Source: an uncultured Gemmatimonadales bacterium
GTDB taxonomy: Bacteria > Gemmatimonadota > Gemmatimonadetes > Longimicrobiales > RSA9
Assembly: GCA_963741945.1 (NCBI GenBank)
Contig: CAVUKA010000001.1
Location: forward strand, 640,001 to 704,000
Direction of reading: 5' to 3'
DNA length: 64,000 nt
Position numbers and translations under genes: made by a program. Below the pieces are notes generated by a model. The model worked only from the letters and a program-made list of their open reading frames with translations, was not told where the DNA came from and ran no database searches. Positions 43,734 through 54,053 of the stretch are shown piece by piece; position 1 is the stretch's first letter; each line of letters begins with the position of its first letter.

Positions 43734-44984
43734 TCACGTATCCCGCTTCCGGTCGATGATGTCCAGCAGGTGCTCCGCCAGGGGGAACGCGCACGTGAAC
43801 CCGGGCGAGACCGCGTTGAGCACGTGCAGCGAGCGGTCATCCGCTTGGTACACGAAGTCGTCCACCAGGCTCCACGTCCGCGTGTCCACCAGCTGCGCCC
43901 GGATCCCGGGCCGCAGTGGCGCCCAGCGACGCGCCGGGGGCAACCCCCGCGCCAGCGTGCCCGCCTCCGCCACCAGCGCCCGGCGAGAATGCCGCCGGAT
44001 CTCCTTCACCGCAAGGCGGCGCAGCCCTGAATTATGGCGGGAAAGGAGGAGAAAGCCCAGACGCCGCGCGTTCTGCACCGCCTCGCCGGGCGGCAGGTGC
44101 CTGAAATCGTACTGCTCCTTCCCCAGCACGGGGGTGGCCGTGGGGCCGATCCAGACGTCGCCGTTCACCGCCACGGTGAAGTGCACGCCCAGGAACGGGT
44201 AGCGCAGGTCCGGCACAGGGTAGATGTGGCGGCGGATCTGCACCGGCGACTCCGCCCGCAGGTACCGTCCCTTGAACGGCAGAATGCGGTAGCCCGCCCC
44301 GAACCCGAACCAGCCGGCGACGCGGTCCGCGTACGCCCCCGCGGCGTTCACCACGTACCCCGCCGACCACGTCTCCCGCTCCGTCCTGACGACGACACCG
44401 CTGTCCGCCCCCCGGTGCGTCTCCCCGCCGGCGGCGCCGCCACGCCCGGCATTGCCATCGACGACCGGCTCGCCACGGCGCACTTCCACGCCGAGGGCGC
44501 GGGCGTCATCGGCCAGGGCGCGCACCACGGCGCCCGGGTCCACGGACGCGGTATTGGGTGAGAAGAGGGCGCGGTCGCGGACGCGCGCGGCGGGGTCCAG
44601 CTCCCGGGCCTGCGCCTCGTCCACTTCCTCCAGCTCCACGCCGTTGCCGCGGCCGCGGCGGAGCAGCTCGTCGAGTCCCGCCTGTTCGGCGTCGCTCCGG
44701 GCCACGACCAGCTTGCCGCACCGGTTGATGGGCAGCCCGCGCTCGCCGCAGTACTCGGTCATGCGACGGTTGCCCTCGCGGGCGAAGCGGGCTTTCAGCG
44801 ACCCGGCCGGGTAGTAGAGGCCGGCGTGCAGCACGCCGCTGTTGCGGCCGCTGGCGTGACGGGCGACGTCGTCCTCCTTCTCCAGCAGAACCACGCGGCG
44901 GCCGGGGTAGCGGCGGGCCGCCTCCATGGCCACGGTGACGCCGACGATCCCCCCGCCGATGACGAGGAAATCCGCCGTGGCCAT
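43734..44984 (-). CDS. lhgO: L-2-hydroxyglutarate oxidase family FAD oxidoreductase
   Basis: IGGGIVG, HASGRNSGVLHAGLYY, YPVPDLRYPFLGVHFT, GIRAQ, LNAVSPGFT. Confidence 0.9.
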   Translation of the reverse strand: MATADFLVIGGGIVGVTVAMEAARRYPGRRVVLLEKEDDVARHASGRNSGVLHAGLYYPAGSLKARFAREGNRRMTEYCGERGLPINRCGKLVVARSDAEQAGLDELLRRGRGNGVELEEVDEAQARELDPAARVRDRALFSPNTASVDPGAVVRALADDARALGVEVRRGEPVVDGNAGRGGAAGGETHRGADSGVVVRTERETWSAGYVVNAAGAYADRVAGWFGFGAGYRILPFKGRYLRAESPVQIRRHIYPVPDLRYPFLGVHFTVAVNGDVWIGPTATPVLGKEQYDFRHLPPGEAVQNARRLGFLLLSRHNSGLRRLAVKEIRRHSRRALVAEAGTLARGLPPARRWAPLRPGIRAQLVDTRTWSLVDDFVYQADDRSLHVLNAVSPGFTCAFPLAEHLLDIIDRKRDT

Positions 44985-44985
44985 G

Positions 44986-45966
44986 CTACGGGCGCGTGGG
45001 GGGGACGGTGTCCAGCGGCGCGGGACCGAAGCGGATGGCGTCGATCCGGTCCTGCGCCCGCTGCACGAGCTGACCCGTGCGCGACGGGCTCCGCTCCAGG
45101 ACTTTCCGATACGACGCCAGCGCCTCGTCGAACTTGCCGGTGGCGTACAGCATCTCGCCTCTCTCGAACCACGCCTGGTCCAGCAGGTTCTCCGGCTCGC
45201 CGAGCCCGATCATCGTATCCAGGTGCTTCAGCGCCGCGTCCACGTCGCCGGCTTCGCGCGCCTGCTGCGCCAGCCGGAACGAGCAGTTCCCCGTGTGCCA
45301 GCGTGCTTCGCCCAGCCGCGAGCGCCATGCCGGATTCCGCTCCTGCTCCGCCTGCATCCGGAACGCCCGGTAGTAGTCCAGCGCCACGTCGCACCGGTTC
45401 CGGTTCTCCTCGATCAGCCCGATCTCGAACAGCACCGGCGGCGAGGAGTCGGGCGGGAGCGTGGTCAGGGCGCGCGCGTAGTAGTCCAGCGCGCGCTCGG
45501 GATCGCTCCGGTCCCGGTAATAGCGCGCCACGGGGAGCGCCGCGCCGGCAAGGCTCAGCGACGAGTCGACCGCCAGTGCCGCATCCACGGCCGACGCGGC
45601 GCCGAACTCGTCCTGGCGGCGGAGCGCCCGCCGCGCCAGCGCCAGGTAGTCGTACGCGGCCTGGGCGGCCAGCTCCGGGTGCGATGCGATCAGGTCATCA
45701 TACACCGCTTTCGCCGCGTCCAGGCGACCGGTCCGGGCGTACGCGTGCGCCAGTCGCAGGCGCGACTCCGCGTCCCCGTGCTGCGCCACGGCCAGGCGGT
45801 ACTCGGTCAGTGCCGCGTCGAAGCTGGAGTCGGCCCACAGGCGGTCGCCCCGGGCGAGCGCGCTCTCGTTGTCGCCGCAGGCGACGACGGGGGCGAGGAC
45901 GAGCAGGAGCGCGGCCAGCGCCCAACGCCGGGCGGGATCAGCGAACGTCCAGGCCATGCGCTTCAC
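44986..45966 (-). CDS. TPR lipoprotein
   Basis: Lipobox VVAC followed by repeated TPR-like helices. Confidence 0.82.
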   Translation of the reverse strand: MKRMAWTFADPARRWALAALLLVLAPVVACGDNESALARGDRLWADSSFDAALTEYRLAVAQHGDAESRLRLAHAYARTGRLDAAKAVYDDLIASHPELAAQAAYDYLALARRALRRQDEFGAASAVDAALAVDSSLSLAGAALPVARYYRDRSDPERALDYYARALTTLPPDSSPPVLFEIGLIEENRNRCDVALDYYRAFRMQAEQERNPAWRSRLGEARWHTGNCSFRLAQQAREAGDVDAALKHLDTMIGLGEPENLLDQAWFERGEMLYATGKFDEALASYRKVLERSPSRTGQLVQRAQDRIDAIRFGPAPLDTVPPTRP

Positions 45967-45978
45967 CGTCTCCGGAGC

Positions 45979-46782
45979 TCAGCCCGCGCCGCCCGCATGC
46001 TCCTCCGTGGAACGCTCCGGGTCCGGGCGCGCGACGGCGTCCGAATCGGTCGCGGCCGGGTCCGTGGCGGCCCCGGCGTCGCCCGCGTCCTCCAGCAGCT
46101 GGAAGTAGGCCCGCAGCTGCGGGTTGTCGGGGTGCAGCGCGTGGCACTCCTCCCACGCGGCGCGCGCGCCATCGCCATCCCCCATTCGCAGCAGCGCGAG
46201 TCCCAGGTTGAGGCGGGCCGGGAAGTAGTCGGGGCGGGCCCGCAGCGTGCGCTCGAGCTCGACCCTGGCCTCCTCCGCCGCGCCCAGGTCCAGCAGCGCG
46301 TCGGCCAGCTTGTTCCGGATGTCCGGGAACTCCGGCCTCAGCGCCAGGGCCAGGCGGTACTCCGCCGCGGCTTCCGCGGGGGCGTGGGCGGCGCGGTAGA
46401 GGTCGCCGACGGCGGCATGGGCATTGGCGATGCGCGCGGAAACGGAGCCGGGGAAGCGGCCGGCCGCGCGGGCTTCGGCATCGGCGGCCAGGCTGAACGC
46501 TTCGCTGGCGTCATCGAAGCGGCCCAGGTCGTTGAGCGTGATGGCGCGGTTCAGGTGCGCTTCCACGTAGTAGGGGTTGGCCGCCAGCGCCCGGTCGAAC
46601 TCCGCCAGCGCCTCCTCCGGCTCGCCCATCATGCTCAGGCACAGCCCCAGCATCTGGTGGACGTCCGCGAACTGCGGATGGCTGTCCACCACTTCGCGGA
46701 GGTCCGCCAGCGCGGCCACGTAGTCGCGCCGCTCGATGGCGCGCCTGGCCCGCTGGATCAGCGGATTCGGCCCGTTGCTCAT
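45979..46782 (-). CDS. Cytoplasmic TPR protein
   Basis: HPQFADVH..LG, NPYYVEAHLN, RPEFPDIRNKL, RPDYFPARLNLG. Confidence 0.88.
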   Translation of the reverse strand: MSNGPNPLIQRARRAIERRDYVAALADLREVVDSHPQFADVHQMLGLCLSMMGEPEEALAEFDRALAANPYYVEAHLNRAITLNDLGRFDDASEAFSLAADAEARAAGRFPGSVSARIANAHAAVGDLYRAAHAPAEAAAEYRLALALRPEFPDIRNKLADALLDLGAAEEARVELERTLRARPDYFPARLNLGLALLRMGDGDGARAAWEECHALHPDNPQLRAYFQLLEDAGDAGAATDPAATDSDAVARPDPERSTEEHAGGAG

Positions 46783-46788
46783 GGCTGC

Positions 46789-46817
46789 AACGTAGTCGTT
46801 CCCACCGGGGCCATCAA
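46789..46817 (-). promoter_or_regulatory. Candidate sigma70 promoter giving a leaderless mRNA
   Basis: TTGATG-N17-TACGTT-N6-ATG(46782). Confidence 0.5.
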
Positions 46818-46833
46818 CGCCGGGCCGCCCGCG

Positions 46834-48168
46834 TCAGGCGGGGACCTTCCGATCCGTGCGGCCCACCGGCTGTCGGCCGACGCTCCAGTACTCGAAGCCA
46901 AGGCCTTTCATCTTGTCCGGGTTGAACAGGTTACGGCCATCGAAGATGACCGCGGACGTGAGCAGGTTCCGCATCCGCTCGAAATCGGGGCGGCGGTACG
47001 GCTGCCACTCGGTGAGGATGACCAACGCGTCGGCCTCGTGCAGCGCGTCGTAGTTGCTCTGCGTGAACAGGACGCGGTCCCCGAACCAGCGGCGGGCGTT
47101 GTCCATGGCCACGGGGTCATGGGCCTGGACGCGGGCGCCGCGCTGGAGCAGGCCCTCGATCACGACCACCGACGTGGCTTCCCGCATGTCGTCGGTGCCC
47201 GGCTTGAATGCCAGCCCCCACACGGCCACCGTGCGGCCGGACAGGTCGCTGCCGAAGCGCTCGGTGATGGCGTCCAGGATCAGGCGCTTCTGCCCCGCAT
47301 TGAGCGCTTCCACCGCGTCCAGGATCGCGGAGTCCACTCCCTGTTCCTGCATGGTCCGGATGAGCGCTTTCACGTCCTTCGGGAAGCAGCTGCCGCCGTA
47401 CCCCACGCCGGCGAACAGGAAGGAGGAGCCGATGCGATCATCGGTGCCCACGCCCTGGCGCACCTTGTCCACGTCGGCGCCCACGGCGGCGCACAGCCGG
47501 GAGACCATGTTCATGAAGGAGATGCGCGTGGCGAGCATGGCGTTGGCCGCGTATTTCGTGATCTCGGCCGACGCGATGTCCATGAAGATGAGCGGGTTCC
47601 CCGTCCGCACGAACGGACCGTAGAGCTCTTCCAGGGCCGACCTCGCCTCCTCCGAGTCCACGCCGATCACCACCCGGTCCGGCTTCATGAAGTCGTCGAC
47701 CGCGGCACCCTCCTTCAGGAACTCCGGATTCGAGCACACGTGCGCCCGGTGCTCCGTCTCCGCCTCGATGGCCGCGCGCACCCGGGCCGCCGTGCCCACC
47801 GGCACGGTGCTCTTCGTGATCACCACCTTCTCCGCGTTCATGTGCCGCCCGATCTCCCGGGCCACGGCCAGAACGTGCTGCAGGTCCGCGCTCCCGTCCT
47901 CCCCCTCGGGCGTGCCCACCGCGATGAAGATGATGTCCGATTCCCGCACCGCGTGTGGCAGGTCCGTGGTGAACGTGAGCCGCCCTTCCTCCAGGTTGCG
48001 ACTCACCATGGACTCGAGCCCCGGCTCGTAGATCGGGATCTCGCCCGCGCTCAGCATCGCGATCTTCCGCTCGTCGATGTCCGCACAGATCACGTCGTTC
48101 CCCATCTCCGCCAGCCCCGCGCCCACCACGAGACCCACGTAGCCAGTCCCGATAACCGATACATGCAT
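46834..48168 (-). CDS. ugd: UDP-glucose 6-dehydrogenase
   Basis: IGTGYVG, KSTVPVGT, NPEFLKEG, GYGGSCFPKD, GLAFKPGTDDMRE. Confidence 0.96.
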   Translation of the reverse strand: MHVSVIGTGYVGLVVGAGLAEMGNDVICADIDERKIAMLSAGEIPIYEPGLESMVSRNLEEGRLTFTTDLPHAVRESDIIFIAVGTPEGEDGSADLQHVLAVAREIGRHMNAEKVVITKSTVPVGTAARVRAAIEAETEHRAHVCSNPEFLKEGAAVDDFMKPDRVVIGVDSEEARSALEELYGPFVRTGNPLIFMDIASAEITKYAANAMLATRISFMNMVSRLCAAVGADVDKVRQGVGTDDRIGSSFLFAGVGYGGSCFPKDVKALIRTMQEQGVDSAILDAVEALNAGQKRLILDAITERFGSDLSGRTVAVWGLAFKPGTDDMREATSVVVIEGLLQRGARVQAHDPVAMDNARRWFGDRVLFTQSNYDALHEADALVILTEWQPYRRPDFERMRNLLTSAVIFDGRNLFNPDKMKGLGFEYWSVGRQPVGRTDRKVPA

Positions 48169-48189
48169 GCTCTTTCCTCGCTCGTCGCG

Positions 48190-49327
48190 TTAAGCCCCGG
48201 CCACCGACTCGATCACCTCGTCCTGCTGCGATGCCGTCAGCTCGGGGTACACAGGCAAGGAAAGTACCTGCTCGCACGCCCGCTCCGAGACGGGGAAGTC
48301 GCCACGGCCGTAGCCCAGCCCCCGGAAGCACTCCTGGAGGTGCAGCGGGACGGGGTAGTAGATGCCCGCGCCGATCCCGTTCGCATCCAGCGATGCCTTC
48401 ACTGCGTCCCGGTCGTCGCAGCGGATCGTGTACTGGTTGTAGACGTGCCGGTTGCCCGGCAGCGCCACGGGCGGGTGGATGCCGGCCGCGCCCTCGAACG
48501 CGGCGTCGTAACGGGCGGCGTGGGCGCGCCGCGCCTCCGTCCAGCCCTCAAGGTACGGCAGCTTGACCCGCAGCACCGCCGCCTGGAGCGCGTCCAGGCG
48601 CGAGTTCGTGCCGACCATCTCGTGGTGATACATTCTGGCGACCTCCGTGGACCCGGAGCTTCCGGAGCCGGTCCGCCAGCACGTCATCCCGCGTGCTCAT
48701 GAGCCCGCCGTCGCCGAACCCGCCCAGGTTCTTCGTGGGGAAGAACGAGAACGCCCCCGCCGTGCCGAGGGAGCCCGCCGCGCGCCACGAGCCATCGATC
48801 TCCTGCGCCGCGTCGATCGACTGGGCCGCGTCCTCGATCACGGCCAGCCCGCGCCGCTCCGCCAGCGCCAGGATCGGCGGCATCACGGCCATCTGGCCGA
48901 ACAGGTGCACCACGACGACTGCGCGCGTGCGCGGCGTCAGCGCCGCCTCGAGAGTTTCCGCGGTGATGTTGAACGTGGCCGCGTCGATGTCGGCAAAAAC
49001 GGGGCGCAGCCCGGCGTTCCAGACCGCGCCCGCAGTGGCGAAGAACGTGAACGCCGGGACCACCACCTCGTCGCCCTGCTCGAGCTGTAGCCCCTTCAGC
49101 GCGAGCAGGATGGCGTCCGTGCCGCTGGCGCAGCCCACGGCGTGGGGCACGCCGAGCCGTGCGGCCAGCTCCGCCTCCAACCGCTCCACCGGCTCGCCCA
49201 GGATGAAGCGCTGGGACCGGACCACGCTCGCGACCGCCGCGTCCAGCTCCCCTGAAATCGTCTCGTACTGCGCCTGCAGGTCCAGCAATGGAACGCTCAC
49301 CGGCACCTCGTATGGTTGGACATCCAT
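48190..49327 (-). CDS. DegT/DnrJ/EryC1/StrS aminotransferase with a +1 frameshift near 48633
   Basis: CASGTDA, VHLFGQ, EDAAQ, SFFPTKNLG; then YHHEMVGTNSRLD and LSLPVYP in the next frame (CAG A ATG TAT has an extra A). Confidence 0.92.
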
Positions 49328-49440
49328 GTATGCATTTGACTGGTTGCTCGCCGTGGCACCACGTTGTCACCCTTCCCGGACCCGGTCATCACCCGTTCGG
49401 GACAGGAGCAACATCGAAAACCCGGTCCGGGGTGATTCTA

Positions 49441-50430
49441 ATGCCCGAACACGTCCTCGTGACAGGAGCAGCCGGCTTCATCGGCAGCCTTCTCACCGAG
49501 CGCCTCCTCGACCAGGGGCACCGCGTCATCGGCGTGGACAACTTCGACCCGTTCTACTCGCCCGCCGAAAAGCGCGAGAACCTCCACCGGGCGCTGGCGC
49601 ACCCCGCGTTCACGCTGCTCGAGCAGGACTGCGCGGAGCTGGACGCGCTCGATGCCGCGCTGGCGGACGAGGAGGTGGACGTGGTCATCCACCTGGCGGC
49701 GAAAGCGGGGGTGCGTCCTTCCATCGCCGACCCCATGGCCTACGCTCGGGCGAACCTCACCGCCACGCAGGCCATCCTCGAGCTCATGCGGCGCCGCGGC
49801 GCCTCACGCCTGCTCTTCGGCGGCTCCTCCTCCGTCTACGGCAACAACGAGAAGGTCCCGTTCTCCGAGGACGACCCCGTCGAGCGCCCGATCTCGCCAT
49901 ACGCCGCCACCAAGCGAGCGGGCGAGCTGCTCTGCCACGCATACCACCACCTGCACGGGATCGGCGTCCTCTCGCTCCGCTTCTTCACCGTCTACGGCCC
50001 GCGCCAGCGCCCCGACCTCGCCATCCGCAAGTTCGCCACCCGCATGTTGCGCGGCGAGACCATCCCCGTGTTCGGCGATGGCACCACCGAACGCGACTAC
50101 ACCTGGGCCGACGACATCCTGGCTGGCGTGGTCGCGGCCATGGCGCGCACACGCTCAAACCCGGGGGAGTTCGAGATCATCAACCTCGGCGAGAGCCGCA
50201 CCACCGAGCTGCGCCGGCTCATCGAGCTCATCGCCGCGGCCGTGGGCGTGGAGCCCAGGATCGAGCACCTCCCCATGCAGCCCGGCGACGTCCGTCGTAC
50301 GTTCGCCGACGTGAGCAAGGCCCGGAAGCTGCTCGGCTACACCCCCTCCATGACCGTGGAGGAAGGGATCCCGCGGTTCGTGGCGTGGCTGAAGGAGCAC
50401 CGCGAGTCCCGTGTGGGGCTCGGCTCGTGA
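49441..50430 (+). CDS. NAD-dependent epimerase (UDP-glucuronate 4-epimerase-like)
   Basis: TGAAGFIGS, HLAAKAGVRPS, SSSVYG, PISPYAATK, RFFTVYGPRQRPDLA. Confidence 0.92.
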   Translation: MPEHVLVTGAAGFIGSLLTERLLDQGHRVIGVDNFDPFYSPAEKRENLHRALAHPAFTLLEQDCAELDALDAALADEEVDVVIHLAAKAGVRPSIADPMAYARANLTATQAILELMRRRGASRLLFGGSSSVYGNNEKVPFSEDDPVERPISPYAATKRAGELLCHAYHHLHGIGVLSLRFFTVYGPRQRPDLAIRKFATRMLRGETIPVFGDGTTERDYTWADDILAGVVAAMARTRSNPGEFEIINLGESRTTELRRLIELIAAAVGVEPRIEHLPMQPGDVRRTFADVSKARKLLGYTPSMTVEEGIPRFVAWLKEHRESRVGLGS

Positions 50431-50469
50431 GCTGGAAGGCCACGGAGGACGGCGGAGACGCGGAGAAAC

Positions 50470-50620
50470 GCGTGACACGAAGGACACGAAGCTCCGGAGG
50501 GGTCGAAGAACGGCGTCTCCCGCGGAGTCGCGGAGAGCGCCGGGGGAGCCGGCCTTCCGCGGGCGACCCCCGCCCCTTCGTGCCCTTCGAACCTTCGACC
50601 GCTTCGTGTCACGCCGTCCT
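50470..50620. repeat. Inverted pair of CGTGACACGAAG family elements
   Basis: GCGTGACACGAAG at 50470-50482 and CTTCGTGTCACGC at 50602-50614, each with trailing CGAAG/CTTCG units. Confidence 0.85.
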
Positions 50621-50681
50621 TCCTGCCCTTCACCCTCTTCGTCTCTCCACCCCCACGACCTTGAAACACGGATAACCAGCC

Positions 50682-51644
50682 ATGCGCGTACTGATCACCG
50701 GGGCCGCCGGCTTCCTCGGCTCCCACCTCTCCGACCGGTTCATCGCCGAAGGCCACGTGGTCATCGGGATGGACAATTTCATCACGGGCCATCCCGACAA
50801 CATCGGCCACCTGTTCGGGCACCCACACTTCTCATTCGTCGAGTACAACGTGGTGGACTACATCCACGTGACCGGCGAGCTGGACGGGGTGCTCCACTTC
50901 GCCAGCCCGGCCAGCCCGGTGGACTATCTGGAGATGCCGATCCCCACACTGAAAGTGGGCAGCCTGGGCACGCACAAGACGCTCGGCCTGGCCAAGGCCA
51001 AGAATGCCCGCTATCTCCTCGCCTCCACCTCCGAGGTCTACGGCGACCCCAAGCTCCACCCCCAGACCGAGGCCTACTGGGGCAACGTGAACCCGATCGG
51101 GCCCCGCGGCGTGTACGATGAGGCCAAGCGCTTCGCCGAGGCCATGACCATGGCCTACCACCGGTTCCACGGCATCGACACCCGCATCATCCGCATCTTC
51201 AACACTTACGGCCCCCGCATGCGGCCGGGCGATGGGCGGGTCGTCTCGAACTTCATCGTACAGGCGCTCCGCGGTGAGCCGCTCACCGTCTACGGCGATG
51301 GCTCCCAGACCCGCTCATTCTGCTATGTCGACGACGAAGTCGACGGCATCTACCGGCTCTTCATGTCCGACGAGACCGGGCCCGTCAATATCGGCAATCC
51401 CGGTGAGTTCACGATCATGGAGCTGGCCGAGAAGGTGATCGCGCTGACCGGCAGCTCTTCCACCATCGAGCACCTTCCCCTCCCCGAGGACGATCCGGCC
51501 GTCCGGCGCCCCGACATCACCCTCGCCCGGGCGCGGCTCGGCTGGGAGCCGAGGGTGGACCTCGCCGAAGGCCTTCGCCACACCATCCCCCACTTCCGCG
51601 CGCTGGTGGAGGAGAAGGGCGCCACGGCCCGGGTCCTCGAGTAG
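50682..51644 (+). CDS. UDP-glucuronate decarboxylase (UDP-xylose synthase family)
   Basis: [52 protein letters not shown]. Confidence 0.94.
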   Translation: MRVLITGAAGFLGSHLSDRFIAEGHVVIGMDNFITGHPDNIGHLFGHPHFSFVEYNVVDYIHVTGELDGVLHFASPASPVDYLEMPIPTLKVGSLGTHKTLGLAKAKNARYLLASTSEVYGDPKLHPQTEAYWGNVNPIGPRGVYDEAKRFAEAMTMAYHRFHGIDTRIIRIFNTYGPRMRPGDGRVVSNFIVQALRGEPLTVYGDGSQTRSFCYVDDEVDGIYRLFMSDETGPVNIGNPGEFTIMELAEKVIALTGSSSTIEHLPLPEDDPAVRRPDITLARARLGWEPRVDLAEGLRHTIPHFRALVEEKGATARVLE

Positions 51645-51681
51645 GAGTTGACGGCCCGGGTGCAGCGCCCTCGGCTCTCCG

Positions 51682-53139
51682 CTACTCCTTCCCGGTACCG
51701 GATTTCCGGCCACCGGCGCCCGCCGGCGCGAGCATCTTCGCCTCCAACCGCTTGCCGCCCCGCCTCGGCGGGACCGCGTGCGGCCCGCTCAGGCGGACCA
51801 CGTTGTCGGCTCCGAACGCTGCGGTGGCGTTGCGTGTGTCCACCACGAGCTTCGATTTCGCCACCACGCGACCGTAGTCGAGCGTGGAGTGGTCCGTGAT
51901 GATGACCACGGCGTCCGCCTCCTCGAGCTCCTCATCGGTGCATGCAACGCCGGTGCGGACCGTGCCGTCCTCTCGCAGCTCCGGGACGAAGGGGTCGTGG
52001 TAGCGGATCTCGGCTCCCTCCAGCTCGAGCATCTCCATGACATCGATGGCGGGGCTCTCCCGCACGTCGCCGATGTCCTTCTTGTAGGAGACGCCGAGGA
52101 TCAGGACCCGGCTCCCGAGCACGGGCTTTCGGTGTTCGTTGAGCGCGGCGCGCACCTTCTGCACCACGAACTCCGGCATCTCGGCGTTGATCTCGCTGGC
52201 CGCCTCGATCATGCGGGTGCGGTAGTTCAGCGTCTTCATCTTCCACGACAGGTACTGCGGGTCGAGGGGGATGCAGTGCCCGCCGATCCCGGGGCCGGGC
52301 GTGAACTTCATGAAGCCGAACGGCTTGGTGGCGGCGGCCTCGATGACTTCCCACACGTCCACGTCGAGCCGGTCGGCCACCTGCGCCATCTCGTTGGCCA
52401 GGGCGATGTTGATGGCCCGGAACGTGTTCTCCATCAGCTTCGTCAGCTCCGCCGCCTCCGTGGACGTCACGGGGACGATGGTGTCCAGCACGGAGCCGTA
52501 CGCCTTCACGCCCAGGTAGGTGCAGGCAGGCGTGATGCCGCCGATGACTTTCGGCGTGTTCGGCACCTGCCACACCCGGTTACCCGGGTCCACGCGCTCG
52601 GGACTGAAGCAGAGGAAGACGTCCTCGCCCACCTTGAGCCCCATCTCCTCCATCATGGGGAGCAGAACCTCCCGGGTGGTGCCCGGGTACGTGGTCGATT
52701 CCAGGATCACGAGCTGACCGGGTCGCAGCGCGCCGCATACCGCCCTGGCCGCCGACATGATGTAGCTCACGTCCGGGTCGCGCGTCTTCGACAGCGGCGT
52801 GGGGACGGCGATGGAGACGATGTCGCACTCGGAGAGCCGGGATGCGTCCGTGGTCGCCTCGAACAGACCCTTCTCCCGCATCTCCATCACCACGTGCGGC
52901 GGCACGTCCTCAACGTGTGACGACCCGGCATTCAGCACTTCGACCACGCGGGGCGCGATGTCGTAGCCGAGGACGGGATAGCCGCGATCCGCTATTGCGA
53001 CGGAGAGCGGCAGGCCCACGTAGCCCAGCCCGATGACGCCGAAGCGCGCTTCGCGGGCTTCCAGTCGGCGGATCAGCTCCCGGCCGTGGGACGAGAGGGT
53101 CGGTGGGGCGGCGTGCGCGCCGGTGTCGGCGTTCTCCAT
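51682..53139 (-). CDS. UDP-N-acetylhexosamine 6-dehydrogenase (WbpA/TviB/WecC family)
   Basis: GLGYVGLPL, ESTTYPGTT, SPERVDPGN, GPGIGGHCIPLDP, YKKDIGDVRESP. Confidence 0.93.
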   Translation of the reverse strand: MENADTGAHAAPPTLSSHGRELIRRLEAREARFGVIGLGYVGLPLSVAIADRGYPVLGYDIAPRVVEVLNAGSSHVEDVPPHVVMEMREKGLFEATTDASRLSECDIVSIAVPTPLSKTRDPDVSYIMSAARAVCGALRPGQLVILESTTYPGTTREVLLPMMEEMGLKVGEDVFLCFSPERVDPGNRVWQVPNTPKVIGGITPACTYLGVKAYGSVLDTIVPVTSTEAAELTKLMENTFRAINIALANEMAQVADRLDVDVWEVIEAAATKPFGFMKFTPGPGIGGHCIPLDPQYLSWKMKTLNYRTRMIEAASEINAEMPEFVVQKVRAALNEHRKPVLGSRVLILGVSYKKDIGDVRESPAIDVMEMLELEGAEIRYHDPFVPELREDGTVRTGVACTDEELEEADAVVIITDHSTLDYGRVVAKSKLVVDTRNATAAFGADNVVRLSGPHAVPPRRGGKRLEAKMLAPAGAGGRKSGTGKE

Positions 53140-53201
53140 TGCGGCTTCTTTCGACGGGGTCCCGGAGCCCGATGCCGATCGGCGCGCGGGCTCCCAAGTT
53201 T

Positions 53202-53238
53202 AACGAAAATCCCCGGTACCCTCACGGGCACCGGGGAC
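53202..53238 (-). terminator. Intrinsic terminator after rpmB
   Basis: Minus strand GTCCCCGGTGCCC-GTGA-GGGTACCGGGGAT followed by TTTCGTT. Confidence 0.7.
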
Positions 53239-53262
53239 GTGATGCTCCACCGCGCGCCCGGC

Positions 53263-53454
53263 TCAGCCGGCCTTGCGGATCTTTCCGGCCGAGATGCAGC
53301 GCGTGCACACGCGCACCCGCTGTGGGCCTTCCTCGGTCTGGATCCTCACCCGCTGCAGGTTCGGCAGCCAGCGCCGACGCGTCTTGTTGTTCGCGTGGCT
53401 CACGTTGTTGCCGTAGATCGGTTTCTTCCCGCACACATAGCACTCGCGCGCCAT
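53263..53454 (-). CDS. rpmB: 50S ribosomal protein L28
   Basis: [30 protein letters not shown]. Confidence 0.97.
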   Translation of the reverse strand: MARECYVCGKKPIYGNNVSHANNKTRRRWLPNLQRVRIQTEEGPQRVRVCTRCISAGKIRKAG

Positions 53455-53477
53455 TCTATATCGCTCCTTCTCGCCCC

Positions 53478-54047
53478 TCAGCTCTCGCCCTGCGAGGCCG
53501 AGGCCGCGCCACCCGAGGCGGGCCGCGACGGCTGAATGTTGCTCACCTGCAGGTAGTAGTCGGCGAAGTCCGCCTGCACCCGCTCGCCCTCGCCCGTGAA
53601 CTCGCCCTGCTCCGCCCAGGCCCCGGAGACGGAGTCCGACATCGCCTCCATGGTCCCCGTCATCGTGTAGCTCGCCCCGGGCTGCACCTGCGTCGCCGCC
53701 GCGGCGGTCGAGTCCAGCCGCACCAGGATCGGCACCTGGCTGGACTGGCTGCCCAGCTCGCCCCAGTAGATGTTCGGGCCCAGCGACCCCGTGATCTGGA
53801 CGGCCGCGACGCGGATCGTCTGACCCAGGTACCTGGCCTTGTTCGTCCTCAGCGAGTCCTTCGGCACTTCCGTGAACGCGACGCCGCCACCCTCACCCGC
53901 GGCGGCGCTGTCCGCCTCCACCACCGGCACCGACGTCGGCTCGCTCGTGGTCCCCAGCCAGGCCAGGAACCCGCCGACGACGACGAGCGCCAGGATCATC
54001 CACACCCACGTCAGCGAACCCCCGGGCCCCTTCGCCTTCTCCGCCAT
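53478..54047 (-). CDS. Hypothetical membrane-anchored protein
   Basis: Single N-terminal TM, then an acidic, beta-rich domain; tightly packed between rplQ and rpmB. Confidence 0.8.
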   Translation of the reverse strand: MAEKAKGPGGSLTWVWMILALVVVGGFLAWLGTTSEPTSVPVVEADSAAAGEGGGVAFTEVPKDSLRTNKARYLGQTIRVAAVQITGSLGPNIYWGELGSQSSQVPILVRLDSTAAAATQVQPGASYTMTGTMEAMSDSVSGAWAEQGEFTGEGERVQADFADYYLQVSNIQPSRPASGGAASASQGES

Positions 54048-54053
54048 GGTCGT

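Noticed and set aside
49354..49368. Sigma54 promoter TGGCAC upstream of the epimerase
   Set aside because: No GC at the required GG-N10-GC position.
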